From: an uncultured Christensenella sp.
GTDB taxonomy: Bacteria; Bacillota; Clostridia; Christensenellales; Christensenellaceae
NCBI GenBank assembly: GCA_964438705.1
Contig: CAYTKQ010000001.1
Coordinates: 138,790 to 162,789 of the forward strand
Length of the DNA: 24,000 bases
Direction of reading: 5' to 3'
Each line of letters starts with the position of its first letter. The stretch's first letter is position 1. The notes under the pieces are model-generated. The model was not told where the DNA came from, searched no databases, and saw only the letters and a list, made by a program, of their open reading frames with translations. Positions 1-9,751 of this stretch are shown here, piece by piece. A program made the translations under genes and the position numbers.

Positions 1-1188
1 CACGAGATTGCGGAAGAACGCTGCCGTTTAAACGACGCATTTCTGATTATGGGCAGTGCCACGCCGCGTGTTGAAACCTATTACAGGGCGAAGCGAGGCG
101 AATATGAAATCCTCAAGATGCCGAACCGGCTCTTTGACCTGCAATTGCCCGCCGTCGAAATCGTTGATATGTGCAACGAGCTCAAGAACGGAAATCGAAC
201 GGCGATCAGCGGGAGGCTTTACGACGAGCTCGAACGCACGCTCGCCGAGGAAAAGCAGGCGATGCTGTTTTTGAATCGGCGGGGATATTCCACGTTTGTG
301 ATGTGCCGTTCGTGCGGTTATGTGGTGAAGTGCGACAGCTGCGATGTGACGATGACCTATCACAAAGCGCAGGATATATTAAAATGTCACTACTGCGGCA
401 AGGTGAAAACGCCGGAAACAATGTGCCCGGAATGCGGGAAACCGCATCTCAAATATTTTGGTATGGGCACGCAGCAGATCGAGGAGCAGATCAAAACGAT
501 GTTCCCCAAGGCGCGTACCCTTCGTATGGATCTTGATACCACGGGAACAAAGGATGCGCATCTTAAGCTGTTTGAGGAGTTTGCAGCCCACAAAGCCGAT
601 ATCCTGATCGGCACGCAGATGATAACAAAGGGCTTTGATTTCAAGGACGTGACCTTATCGGCGATCCTCGCGGCGGATACAATGCTCAACATCCCCGACT
701 ACAGGAGCGCAGAACGCACATTTGGGCACATCACGCAAATCGCGGGACGTGCGGGCAGAAAGGAGCCGGGTACGGTGGTGCTGCAAACCTACAACCCGAC
801 GCACTATGCCATTCAATACGCTAAATATCACGATTATGACGGCTTTTTCAACGAGGAGATCGTCTTGCGTGAAATGGCCCAGCTCCCGCCGTTCTCCACT
901 TATGTGCAAATACAGTTTTCGGGAGAAAAAAATGAGCAGGTCGTCGAGGCTGTAAAAGATTTTATCCGTAAATTAAAAGCTGTGTTATTGCCGTATAAAC
1001 ATGATATAATAAGTATCAGAGCCTCTGAGGCAGCGATCAAACGGATCAAAAACATGGAACGGTATCATATCCTGATCCACATGAAGAACGACGAAGCGCT
1101 AACGGGGCAGATTTACCGGATATTCAATCAAACAAAATACGCAAACGTGTTGATCGGAATCGACATCAATCCGGTCAATATGGCGTAA
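1..1188 (+). CDS. priA: Primosomal protein N' (PriA helicase), 3' portion; 5' end lies outside the window
   Basis: Open in frame 1 from base 1 (HEIAEERCRLNDAFLIMGSATPRVETYY...). Contains the RRGYSTFVMCRSCGYVVKCDSCDVTMTYHKAQDILKCHYCGKVKTPETMCPECGKP paired-cysteine zinc region, GTQQIEEQI and ILIGTQMITKGFDF, typical of PriA. ORF-track ATG at 49 is internal. Confidence 0.96.
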   Translation, partial: HEIAEERCRLNDAFLIMGSATPRVETYYRAKRGEYEILKMPNRLFDLQLPAVEIVDMCNELKNGNRTAISGRLYDELERTLAEEKQAMLFLNRRGYSTFVMCRSCGYVVKCDSCDVTMTYHKAQDILKCHYCGKVKTPETMCPECGKPHLKYFGMGTQQIEEQIKTMFPKARTLRMDLDTTGTKDAHLKLFEEFAAHKADILIGTQMITKGFDFKDVTLSAILAADTMLNIPDYRSAERTFGHITQIAGRAGRKEPGTVVLQTYNPTHYAIQYAKYHDYDGFFNEEIVLREMAQLPPFSTYVQIQFSGEKNEQVVEAVKDFIRKLKAVLLPYKHDIISIRASEAAIKRIKNMERYHILIHMKNDEALTGQIYRIFNQTKYANVLIGIDINPVNMA

Positions 1189-1198
1189 CGGAGGAAAC

Positions 1199-1684
1199 AT
1201 GGCAACAAGAACCATATTACAAAACGACAGCCCGCGGCTCAGAAAAATTTCGCGGCCAGTGACAAAGATCAATCAGCATATCATCGACCTTCTGGACGAC
1301 ATGGCGCAGACGATGTATGAAGCGCGCGGCGTGGGGCTTGCCGCACCGCAGGTGGGTGTTCTGCGCAGGGTGGTGGTGATTGACGTTGGCGAAGGCCTCA
1401 TCGAACTCATCAACCCTAAAATCGTGGGAACCGAAGGCCAGCAGCGCACAGAAGAGGGCTGCTTATCGCTGCCAGACGACGTGGGTTATGTGATCCGCCC
1501 CGCGAAGGTCAGGGTGCGCGCACTCGACCGCAACGGTGAAATGCGCGAATACGAGGGCGAGGAGCTTTTGGCAAAGGCGTTTGCGCACGAGATCGATCAT
1601 CTGGACGGCATATTATTTACGGATAAGATGGTGGAGCGGATCGAGCAGGAAGAGGGAGAAGTGGAAGATGAACAAGACCTCTAG
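1199..1684 (+). CDS. def: Peptide deformylase
   Basis: 161 aa; motifs GVGLAAPQVG, EEGCLSLP and HEIDHLDGILFTDKM; GGAGG ribosome binding site immediately upstream. Confidence 0.97.
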   Translation: MATRTILQNDSPRLRKISRPVTKINQHIIDLLDDMAQTMYEARGVGLAAPQVGVLRRVVVIDVGEGLIELINPKIVGTEGQQRTEEGCLSLPDDVGYVIRPAKVRVRALDRNGEMREYEGEELLAKAFAHEIDHLDGILFTDKMVERIEQEEGEVEDEQDL

Positions 1685-2633
1685 GATCGTTTTTATGGGA
1701 ACGCCGGATTTTGCCGTGCCTTCCTTAGAAATGCTGATCCGTGAAGGTTACAATGTTGTCGGCGTCATCACCCAGCCGGACAGGAAGGCAGGACGCGGAC
1801 ATAAAATGATGCCGCCGCCCGTTAAGGTGATTGCGGAAAAAAGCGGGATACCCGTTTATCAATTCGAGAAGATCAGAGTGCCCGAAGGGGTTGCCCTGTT
1901 AAAGGAACTGGCTCCGGCACTGATGATCACAGCGGCGTTCGGGCATATTTTGACAGAAGAAATACTGGCGATTCCGGAATATGGCTGTATCAATGTGCAC
2001 GCCTCCCTGCTTCCAAAGCTGCGAGGGGCCGCACCCATTCAGTGGGCCATCATCAATGGGGAAAAGCAGACGGGCGTGACCACTATGTACACCGTCAAAG
2101 CTCTCGATGCGGGGGATATTCTGGAGCGTCGAAGCATCGTCATCCCGCAAGAGATGACGGCGGGGGAGCTTTATACGGATTTGAGCGTACTGGGCGCTGA
2201 TGTGTTGAAACGTACGCTTGGGAAAATGGAGCAGGGTACGCTCGAACGCACGCCGCAGAGCGAAGATGAAGCGACTTATTTTCCGATGTTCAAAAAAGGC
2301 TTTGGGGAGATCGATTTTACAAAGACCGGTGCGCAGATACACGATTTTGTGCGCGGGACAAACCCCGTGCCCGGCGCTTATATGATGTATGGTGACGAGA
2401 AGATCAAGATATACCGCGTCAAGGCTGAGCCGTATTCCGGCCCGGAACCATGCGGGACGGCACTGTTTGCGGACAGCAAACGGGGCTTGGGCATCCGTTG
2501 CGCGGATGGGCTTGTTTGTATTGAGGAATTGAAACGATGCGGAGCGCGCTGTATGGACGCGCGGGATTGTTTGTGCGGCAGACCAATCGAGGTCGGATAT
2601 GTGTTTGAAAACAGGGGGAATAACGAGGATTGA
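1668..2633 (+). CDS. fmt: Methionyl-tRNA formyltransferase
   Basis: MNKTSRIVFMGTPDFAVPSLEML..., NVHASLLPKLRGAAPIQWAI, GAQIHDFVRGTNPVPGAY. Start chosen at ATG 1668; the tracked ORF start at 1536 only adds out-of-frame def sequence. Confidence 0.96.
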   Translation: MNKTSRIVFMGTPDFAVPSLEMLIREGYNVVGVITQPDRKAGRGHKMMPPPVKVIAEKSGIPVYQFEKIRVPEGVALLKELAPALMITAAFGHILTEEILAIPEYGCINVHASLLPKLRGAAPIQWAIINGEKQTGVTTMYTVKALDAGDILERRSIVIPQEMTAGELYTDLSVLGADVLKRTLGKMEQGTLERTPQSEDEATYFPMFKKGFGEIDFTKTGAQIHDFVRGTNPVPGAYMMYGDEKIKIYRVKAEPYSGPEPCGTALFADSKRGLGIRCADGLVCIEELKRCGARCMDARDCLCGRPIEVGYVFENRGNNED

Positions 2634-3922
2634 ATGCACGGCAGGCGGCGCTTGAGATCATATCCAAGGTGCTGAAGGAGAAGAGCTATTTGAATCTGGA
2701 ATGCAAGCGCGTATTATCCGCAGACTGGAGTGTGGAGGATAAGCGCTTTATTACTGCGCTTGCAAATACGACGATCGAAAATTTGTTTCGCATTGATTAT
2801 GTGCTGGGGCAATTCATCACGGCAAAGCGTGTGCACGCCGTGATCATGAACATTTTGCGTCTGGGCGCGTGTCAGTTGTTGTTTTTCGAATCGGTACCCG
2901 TTTCGGCGGCGGTCAACGAGAGCGTAAAGCTGGTCGAAAAATCCGGCAAAGGACAGTTGAAGGGATTTGTAAATGCGGTGCTGCGGAATTTATCAAAAAA
3001 CTTTGGCAGGCTGCAATATCCTGACCGCGACGACGATCCTGCGGAATATTTTCATGTGTTTTACAGCTACCCGAAATGGCTGTGCGAGAAATATATATCG
3101 GAATACGGCGAAGAACAGACAGAGCAGATGATGAGCTATACCGGCGACCGTACGCTGACGTGTGTGCGCGCCAATCATTTGGAGGAGATGCCCGAAGATT
3201 TTCTTCCGGGGTTATACTGTGACGACGCTTTTTACATCCGAGGCATGAGCGCGATTGAGCGGGAACCGCTGTTTTTGAACGGAAGCCTTACCGTACAGGG
3301 AGAAGCCTCTCAAGCCGTGGTGTGTGCGGCGGGCATCGGACCGCGCGATCATGTGCTCGATGCATGCGCCGCGCCCGGTGGGAAGAGTGCGTACGCGGCG
3401 TGGTTTGCGCGCGAGGGAAAGATCGTTGCCATGGAGTTGCACGAGCATCGTGCACAGCTTATGCAACGCAATTTTGAACGGTTGGGCGTGCAAAATGCTG
3501 AAATCAAGGTGGCGGATGCGTCCGTGCTGATTGCGGAATATGCCGGAGCGTTTGACGTAGTGCTCGTTGACGCGCCGTGCTCGGCGCTGGGGCTTTTGTA
3601 CCGCAAGCCGGACATTAAAATATTCAAGCAGCGCGAAGATGTCGCGCCGCTGGTGGCAATCCAGCGCGCATTGCTGAATACGTGCGCAGCCTATGTGAAG
3701 CCGGGCGGTACGCTGCTCTATTCCACGTGCACCATCAACCGTGAGGAGAACGAGGAAAACATTCGTTGGTTTCTGGAAAATAACGGCACATTCGAACAGG
3801 ATGCGCTCCGTATGTTTCTTCCCGGAGAACTGAAAGAAAGAACGGATGACGGAATGCTGCAACTGTTCCCGCACATCGACAGCATCGACGGATTTTTTAT
3901 GGCGAGGCTGAAAAAGAAATGA
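2630..3922 (+). CDS. rsmB: 16S rRNA (cytosine-C5)-methyltransferase RsmB (NusB-like N-terminal domain)
   Basis: 430 aa from a TTG start overlapping the fmt TGA; motifs VLDACAAPGGKSAYAA, VLVDAPCSALGLLYRKPDIK and LLYSTCTINREENEE. Confidence 0.93.
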   Translation: MNARQAALEIISKVLKEKSYLNLECKRVLSADWSVEDKRFITALANTTIENLFRIDYVLGQFITAKRVHAVIMNILRLGACQLLFFESVPVSAAVNESVKLVEKSGKGQLKGFVNAVLRNLSKNFGRLQYPDRDDDPAEYFHVFYSYPKWLCEKYISEYGEEQTEQMMSYTGDRTLTCVRANHLEEMPEDFLPGLYCDDAFYIRGMSAIEREPLFLNGSLTVQGEASQAVVCAAGIGPRDHVLDACAAPGGKSAYAAWFAREGKIVAMELHEHRAQLMQRNFERLGVQNAEIKVADASVLIAEYAGAFDVVLVDAPCSALGLLYRKPDIKIFKQREDVAPLVAIQRALLNTCAAYVKPGGTLLYSTCTINREENEENIRWFLENNGTFEQDALRMFLPGELKERTDDGMLQLFPHIDSIDGFFMARLKKK

Positions 3923-4959
3923 AACAGCTTCTGGATTGTAACGCAAAGGAATTGAGCGAAGAACTTGCCGGGCTGAACGAAAAACCGTTTCGCGCAAAGC
4001 AAATCATGAAATGGCTCGTTGCAGGCAAGTCGTTTGAGGAGATGACGAATATTTCCAAAGAGCTGCGTGCGCTGCTGCGCAAACATTATGCGGAAGGCTA
4101 TGTGCAAACTTGCCAAGTGCTTACATCTGTCGATGGCACCCGGAAATATTTGTTTTGCTTTGAAGACGGAAGCACGGTGGAAAGCGTATTCATGCAAAAG
4201 GAGTACGGGAACACCGTGTGTGTATCCACGCAGGTCGGCTGCCGCATGGGGTGCACGTTTTGCGCTTCGTGCAGAGATGGGTTGAAACGCAACCTTACGG
4301 CGGGAGAAATCCTCGCGCAGGTCGTCGCCGTGAACGCGGATGCGGGCGGCGGGCGTAGTGTTACCAACATCGTGCTGATGGGTATGGGCGAGCCCTTCGA
4401 TAATTACGATAACGTGGTGAAATTCATCCGCCTTGTAAACGATCCGACCGGACTGGGGATTGGGCTGCGCTGCATTTCGCTTTCCACCTGCGGCCTGACA
4501 GAGCAGATCAGGAGGTTTGCTGACGAAGGACTCCCTTTGACGCTTTCCATTTCGCTGCACGCGGCCTGTGATGAAAAGCGCGAGAAGATCATGCCGACCG
4601 CTGTGCAGTATAAGATCGCTGATATATTGGACGCTGCGAATTACTACTTTTTAAAAACAGGCAGACGTATTATAATAGAATATGCTGTGATCGACGGCAT
4701 CAACGATACGAAAGAGGATATCATGCTCTTAAAAGAACAACTTCATGGCCTGAATTGCCATGTGAACCTGATTCCTTTGAACGGAAATGACGGACTGGTG
4801 CTTAGAGCGCCGGATAAGCGGCGCGTGTATACGTTTTGTCAGGCGCTGGAGCGTGAAGGAATTTCCGCAACGGTAAGAAAGTCTATGGGAAGCGATATTG
4901 CGGGGGCGTGCGGACAGCTCAGGCAGCAATACATTCGTGAAAACGAGGGGGAAGTATGA
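3919..4959 (+). CDS. rlmN: 23S rRNA (adenine-C2)-methyltransferase / radical SAM protein RlmN
   Basis: Radical-SAM CxxxCxxC in GCRMGCTFCASCRDGLKRNLTAGEIL; NIVLMGMGEPFDNYDNV; ATGA overlap with rsmB. Confidence 0.96.
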   Translation: MKQLLDCNAKELSEELAGLNEKPFRAKQIMKWLVAGKSFEEMTNISKELRALLRKHYAEGYVQTCQVLTSVDGTRKYLFCFEDGSTVESVFMQKEYGNTVCVSTQVGCRMGCTFCASCRDGLKRNLTAGEILAQVVAVNADAGGGRSVTNIVLMGMGEPFDNYDNVVKFIRLVNDPTGLGIGLRCISLSTCGLTEQIRRFADEGLPLTLSISLHAACDEKREKIMPTAVQYKIADILDAANYYFLKTGRRIIIEYAVIDGINDTKEDIMLLKEQLHGLNCHVNLIPLNGNDGLVLRAPDKRRVYTFCQALEREGISATVRKSMGSDIAGACGQLRQQYIRENEGEV

Positions 4960-5687
4960 GGACAGCGGCGCTGAGCCACATTGGCAACGTAAGAACGACA
5001 AATGAAGATTCTGTGTTTGTGCACACCGGAAAACGACCGTATTATATGCTGGTGGCCGATGGAATGGGCGGGCATGCGGCGGGGGAGGTCGCGAGCGGAA
5101 TGGCGTGCATGGAGATTGAACAGTATATCGATCGTCTTTGTACTGATCGCTTAAACGAGGAGCAAATCCTGGGGGCGGTTCAGTTCGCAAATCAAAAACT
5201 CATCGAAGAGGTGGAGAAGAAGCCCGCGCTTTATGGCATGGGAACCACGCTTACATTTGCGGCCTTCAACGACGACGAAATCGTGATTGCGCAGGTAGGG
5301 GATTCGCGGGCCTATCATAAAAAGAAGGACGCGATCCATAAGATCACAAAGGATCACACCTACATTCAGCATTTGATTGACAGCGGCGTGATCGACAAGG
5401 GCGACGCGGAGGATTATCCCTTTAAAAACATCATCACCCGCTCTGTCGGCATGAAGGAAGTGACGGTGGATTTTTTCACGATCAGCTGGCAGGACGATGA
5501 CATCATTTTGCTGTGCTCCGACGGATTGACCAATTATACTGACAGCGACGTGTTATTTAAGATTCTTTCGGATGAAGATACGCTGGAAGAAAAGACGCAA
5601 AAATTAGTAGACATTGCGCTTGAGGGCGGCGGAAAAGACAATATATCCGTGGTTTTGGCGCAGCGTTCCGAAGGAGGAACGCTATGA
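4956..5687 (+). CDS. prpC: PP2C-family Ser/Thr protein phosphatase (PrpC/Stp)
   Basis: HIGNVRTTNEDSVFV, MLVADGMGGHAAGEVAS, VAQVGDSRAY-type motif (IAQVGDSRAYH) and LLCSDGLTNY; ATGA overlap with rlmN and directly before the kinase gene. Confidence 0.96.
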   Translation: MRTAALSHIGNVRTTNEDSVFVHTGKRPYYMLVADGMGGHAAGEVASGMACMEIEQYIDRLCTDRLNEEQILGAVQFANQKLIEEVEKKPALYGMGTTLTFAAFNDDEIVIAQVGDSRAYHKKKDAIHKITKDHTYIQHLIDSGVIDKGDAEDYPFKNIITRSVGMKEVTVDFFTISWQDDDIILLCSDGLTNYTDSDVLFKILSDEDTLEEKTQKLVDIALEGGGKDNISVVLAQRSEGGTL

Positions 5688-7570
5688 TCGGGCCGGATAC
5701 ATTGCTGGCCGGACGGTATCGGCTCGTCGAGCAGATCGATTCGGGTGGCTCCGCATACATCTATAAGGCGATGGATGATATGACCCAAAAAGTCATCGCG
5801 GTAAAGGTTTTAAAGCCCGAACTTACGGAAAATGAGGAGTTTGTGCAGCGCTTCAAAAAAGAAGTGCAGGCTGCGGCAAAGCTACGGCACGCAAACATCA
5901 TACGTGCTTACGACGCAGGTTTTGATAACGGGACCTATTACATCGTAATGGATCTGATCGAGGGAAAAACACTCAAAAACCTGATCAACGCAAACGGTCC
6001 GCTGCCCGTCAAATATGCGGTCGCGGTGGCAAAGAAGCTGTGCCTCGCGCTGGAATACGCGCATGTGAAGGGATTTATACATAGAGACATCAAGCCGCAT
6101 AATGTGATGGTGGATACGACGGGTGAACCGTTCATCGCTGACTTTGGCATTGCGCGAAACATAGCCCAAAACACGATCACCGTGGAAGAGGACAGCGTGA
6201 TGGGATCAGTGCACTATTTTTCGCCGGAGCAGGCGCGCGGCGAACGGGTGGATAAGCGCTCAGACATCTATTCTCTTGGTATACTGCTTTACGAGATGCT
6301 TACCGGGCGCGTTCCATTTGACGCAGACACCTCCGTGGCGATTGCGCTGAAGCACATCAACGACCCGATGCCTGATGTCAGAGAAATTGTGCCGAATGTA
6401 CCGGAAAGCCTGAATAGGATCATACAAAAAGCAACGCAGAAGGACAAGCATTTTCGATATAAATCCGCTTTCAACATGTATGAGGACTTACAACGGTGCC
6501 TTGCTGAGCCGGACGGCAATTATGTAAAATACAGTGAAAGCAAACGAACGCAGCAGCACATAGAGGAGCTTCACGCAAAGAGGTCACGCAAAAATATCGG
6601 TCGGCTGCTTGTTACATTCGGTATTTCCGCCGTCGTTATATTTGCGATCATTGCCATCGTGAGCGCGGTCATCAATTTCAACGCAAACCGCCCGATCTCC
6701 ATACAGGATTTTGTGGGTATGAAGGAAAAGAACGCCATAGAGGCCGCTCAAAAGCTGACGCCATCCCCCGAGGTGCGTTATGAACGCTCCACAGAAGCGG
6801 AAAAGGGGATCGTCATTCGTCAGGAGCCGAAAGCGGGCGAAGATTTTAAAAAGGATGATCCGCTTGTACTGATCGTAAGCAATGGCTCCGGAACGGATAT
6901 CATGCCGAACGTCACAAATATAGACAGAGCGCAGGCGGAAAAGATATTGCTTGAAAGCGGGATCGAGCTGGATCAGATCGTGGAGGACAGTAAGGGCGAA
7001 TTCCCGATCGGTTACGTGATCGATCAGCATCCGGCGGCAGGGGAGTCTGTGGCGGGCAGCGGAAGCGTATGGCTGACGGTTAAGGTATCGCCGGATATCG
7101 CGAAGGTTCAGGTGCCCAATGTCACGGGGATGGAGATCGGCGATGCGTTAAACGTTCTGAAATTAAAGGAGCTCTCATTGTTTTTATTGTATGAGAAGCG
7201 TGATGGCGAAGCCGGAACGGTCCTTTCCCAAACGCCGGAGGAAAATGGCGAAATCGCAACCAACAGGCCGGTCAGGCTGTCTGTTTCTGAGGCGGATGGT
7301 ACAAGATACAGCTATAAGGGCGAGGGTATTACGCTCACCATTCCAAAGGATGGAACAACGCTTAGGTTAGGGGTTCCCGGTGAAATCAACGGGATTCCGG
7401 TTTATTACATCATCTATGACGCGGTGCTGGAATCAGGAGATCAGATCGTCAAGCCGGAAACGTCTCTTGTGTTTGATTCCAAGGAGGATTCCATACAAAA
7501 GGACGTTGCGATCTTTATGAATGACGTTTTGGTGAAGACGGATAACATCGAGTTTACAAAAGGGAGGTAG
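5684..7570 (+). CDS. prkC: Membrane Ser/Thr protein kinase with extracellular PASTA repeats
   Basis: Kinase motifs IAVKVLKPEL, FIHRDIKPHNVM, IADFGIARN, GSVHYFSPEQARGE; TM segment LLVTFGISAVVIFAIIAIVSAVINF; about three PASTA-like repeats, then a non-PASTA C-terminal region. Confidence 0.95.
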   Translation: MIGPDTLLAGRYRLVEQIDSGGSAYIYKAMDDMTQKVIAVKVLKPELTENEEFVQRFKKEVQAAAKLRHANIIRAYDAGFDNGTYYIVMDLIEGKTLKNLINANGPLPVKYAVAVAKKLCLALEYAHVKGFIHRDIKPHNVMVDTTGEPFIADFGIARNIAQNTITVEEDSVMGSVHYFSPEQARGERVDKRSDIYSLGILLYEMLTGRVPFDADTSVAIALKHINDPMPDVREIVPNVPESLNRIIQKATQKDKHFRYKSAFNMYEDLQRCLAEPDGNYVKYSESKRTQQHIEELHAKRSRKNIGRLLVTFGISAVVIFAIIAIVSAVINFNANRPISIQDFVGMKEKNAIEAAQKLTPSPEVRYERSTEAEKGIVIRQEPKAGEDFKKDDPLVLIVSNGSGTDIMPNVTNIDRAQAEKILLESGIELDQIVEDSKGEFPIGYVIDQHPAAGESVAGSGSVWLTVKVSPDIAKVQVPNVTGMEIGDALNVLKLKELSLFLLYEKRDGEAGTVLSQTPEENGEIATNRPVRLSVSEADGTRYSYKGEGITLTIPKDGTTLRLGVPGEINGIPVYYIIYDAVLESGDQIVKPETSLVFDSKEDSIQKDVAIFMNDVLVKTDNIEFTKGR

Positions 7571-8427
7571 TGGCGATTCACGGCAGGATCGTAAAAGGGA
7601 TCGGCGGATTCTATTATGTGAACGGCGAAGACAACGCCGTGTATGAATGCAAAGCGCGCGGGAAGTTCCGCAGGGAGAAGGTAACCCCAATGGTAGGAGA
7701 CCTCGTGGAATTTACAATTCGCGACGGATATAACTCGATTGAGGATATCCTGCCCCGGCGCAACAGCCTGAGACGTCCCATGGTGGCCAACATCAATAAG
7801 TTGGTTCTGGTGATGTCGGCAGGCAAACCGGTGGCAGACCTTTTGCTTTGTGACAAGCTTCTGGTGCAAGCCTATTTGGGCGGGATCGAGCCGCTGATTG
7901 TCATCAGTAAAGCGGATATGGACCGGAAAAATGCCCAGGCGCTTAGGCGGCAATATGCCTGTTATGACACACTTTTTACTTCTGTAAAAAGCGGAGAGGG
8001 GCTTGATGCGTTCAAGGAAAGCATCGGCGGTCTGTGCGTTTGTCTCGCGGGGCAATCCGCAGTGGGGAAGTCGTCTCTTCTCAATGCGGTCGCTCCTTCC
8101 TTTCGGCTGGAAACGGGTGGCTTGAGCAAAAAAACGGATCGCGGAAAGCACACGACCCGCAGTTCAGAGCTTTTCTATGTCAGTGAGGCCGACGCCTATG
8201 TGGTAGACACGCCGGGCTTTTCGATGTATGAAGCAGAGCTTGACAAGTTTGCGCTCACCGATTGCTACCCGGAGATGAAAAAATTAAAAGGACAGTGCCG
8301 TTTCTCGTCATGTCTGCACGATCGGGAGCCCGATTGCGCAGTGAAGGCGGCGGTAGAGACGGAAGAAATAAACAAAGCACGGTACGACCGCTATTTGCGG
8401 ATTATTCATTCATTGGAGGAGAAATAA
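7570..8427 (+). CDS. rsgA: Ribosome small subunit-dependent GTPase A
   Basis: Circularly permuted GTPase motifs ISKADMD, AGQSAVGKSSLLNAV and KTDRGKHTTR, then the zinc motif CRFSSCLHDREPDCAVKAAV; GTG start overlapping the prkC TAG. Confidence 0.95.
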   Translation: MAIHGRIVKGIGGFYYVNGEDNAVYECKARGKFRREKVTPMVGDLVEFTIRDGYNSIEDILPRRNSLRRPMVANINKLVLVMSAGKPVADLLLCDKLLVQAYLGGIEPLIVISKADMDRKNAQALRRQYACYDTLFTSVKSGEGLDAFKESIGGLCVCLAGQSAVGKSSLLNAVAPSFRLETGGLSKKTDRGKHTTRSSELFYVSEADAYVVDTPGFSMYEAELDKFALTDCYPEMKKLKGQCRFSSCLHDREPDCAVKAAVETEEINKARYDRYLRIIHSLEEK

Positions 8428-8428
8428 C

Positions 8429-9076
8429 ATGGTAAAAGTAGCACCTTCTTTATTGTCGGCAGATTTTTGCAATATGGAGCAGGGATTGAGGCTCATGGAG
8501 CGGGGGAAGGCGGATTATCTGCATTGTGACATCATGGACGGAATGTTTGTGCCCAATATTTCATTTGGTTTCCAGATGATCTCGCGGATCAAGGAGCTGA
8601 CGGAAATTCCGCTCGACGTGCACCTGATGATCGAGCAGCCCGAACGCTATATCGAACGCTTTGCGGAGGCGGGATCTGATATCATCACAGTACATGTGGA
8701 GGCAACAAACCATTTGCAGCGCGTACTGAAGCAGATTGCCCAGTGCGGAAAACAGCCGGGCGTGGTTCTCAACCCCGCGACTCCGCTCGAGACGATCAAA
8801 TACGTTCTCAACGACGTGGATATGGTTCTGCTGATGTCCGTCAATCCGGGTTATGGCGGTCAGAGCTTCATTCCGGCGGTGCTGCAAAAAGTGCGCGATC
8901 TGAAAGCGATGATCGACGCATTCGGCAAGAAAATCGACATCGAGGTAGACGGCGGTGTAGACGCCAAAAACTGCGCACAGCTGTGTGAAGCGGGTGCAAC
9001 AGTGCTCGTAGCGGGCAGCGCTGTCTTTGGCGCGGAAGATCCTGCAAAGGCCATCGCCATCATTCGGGGAGAATAG
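8429..9076 (+). CDS. rpe: Ribulose-phosphate 3-epimerase
   Basis: VAPSLLSADFCNM, YLHCDIMDGMFVPNISFG, LDVHLMIEQPERY, LLMSVNPGYGGQSFIP, IEVDGGVDAKN. Confidence 0.97.
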   Translation: MVKVAPSLLSADFCNMEQGLRLMERGKADYLHCDIMDGMFVPNISFGFQMISRIKELTEIPLDVHLMIEQPERYIERFAEAGSDIITVHVEATNHLQRVLKQIAQCGKQPGVVLNPATPLETIKYVLNDVDMVLLMSVNPGYGGQSFIPAVLQKVRDLKAMIDAFGKKIDIEVDGGVDAKNCAQLCEAGATVLVAGSAVFGAEDPAKAIAIIRGE

Positions 9077-9080
9077 TGGC

Positions 9081-9707
9081 ATGAAAGCATTGCTGGTTGC
9101 TTCCGGTGACGCTCCGAGCGACGCGCTGCTGCGGCGCAGGGCGCGCGAAGCCGATCTCTTGGTCGCGGTTGATAATGGCCTTGCGGCGTTTGATCGCTGC
9201 AAAATTGTGCCGCACCTCATCGTAGGGGATATGGATTCTGTCTCTCCGCAAATGCTCTTTGCATATGCGGAACGCGCGGAGGTGGTGAGCGTACCCGCAG
9301 AAAAAAACGAGACGGATGCGGCGCTTGCCGTTGATGAAGCGGTGAAGCGTGGCGCGGACCGTATTGTTTTTATTGGCGCCACCGGCGGCAGGATCGATCA
9401 TCTGCTCTCGAATCTGATGCTTTTGAAATATGCGCACAACAAAGACGCGGTCCTCTGGATCGAGGACGACCGCCACGAGATATCTCTAAGCAAAGGAGAA
9501 ACAGAGATACATGGGAAAAAGGGACAGACTGTCTCCATTATCCCGATGAACAAATGCGCCATTGTGAATGCGGAAGGGCTTTACTATCCGCTTGAACGTT
9601 TGACGCTCACCAACGAACAGCCGCGCGGCGTGAGCAACGTTTTCCTTGGCACAAAGGCGAAGATCACGAGCGATGATTTTGTGTTCATCATAAAGATCAA
9701 GGAATAA
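9081..9707 (+). CDS. thiN: Thiamine pyrophosphokinase
   Basis: MKALLVASGDAPS..., VAVDNGLAAF, LIVGDMDSV, FIGATGGRIDHLLSNL. Start set at ATG 9081, just after rpe; the tracked ORF start at 9027 would overlap rpe. Confidence 0.93.
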   Translation: MKALLVASGDAPSDALLRRRAREADLLVAVDNGLAAFDRCKIVPHLIVGDMDSVSPQMLFAYAERAEVVSVPAEKNETDAALAVDEAVKRGADRIVFIGATGGRIDHLLSNLMLLKYAHNKDAVLWIEDDRHEISLSKGETEIHGKKGQTVSIIPMNKCAIVNAEGLYYPLERLTLTNEQPRGVSNVFLGTKAKITSDDFVFIIKIKE

Positions 9708-9711
9708 AAAA

Positions 9712-9736
9712 CAGGACAGATCAATGATCTGCCCTG
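9712..9736 (-). terminator. Intrinsic terminator for rpmB, between convergent thiN and rpmB
   Basis: Inverted repeat CAGGACAGATCA-a-TGATCTGCCCTG (11 of 12 pairs canonical, the other G.T on the minus strand). On the minus strand it is followed by GTTTTTTATT. No U-tract on the plus side. Confidence 0.8.
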
Positions 9737-9751
9737 ACTTTGTTGTGATGA

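Noticed and set aside
1899-2639. 246-aa minus-strand ORF antisense to fmt
   Set aside because: Lies wholly within the convincingly coding fmt gene; no recognisable motif and Arg/His/Leu-rich shadow composition.
3212-3997. 261-aa minus-strand ORF antisense to rsmB
   Set aside because: Shadow ORF of rsmB with no recognisable domain; the plus-strand frame has clear methyltransferase motifs.
3718-4560. 280-aa minus-strand ORF antisense to rsmB/rlmN
   Set aside because: Spans the rsmB-rlmN junction on the opposite strand, with no family motif; both plus-strand genes are secure.
7441-8151. 236-aa minus-strand ORF antisense to prkC end/rsgA
   Set aside because: Shadow ORF over rsgA, whose GTPase and zinc motifs are clear.
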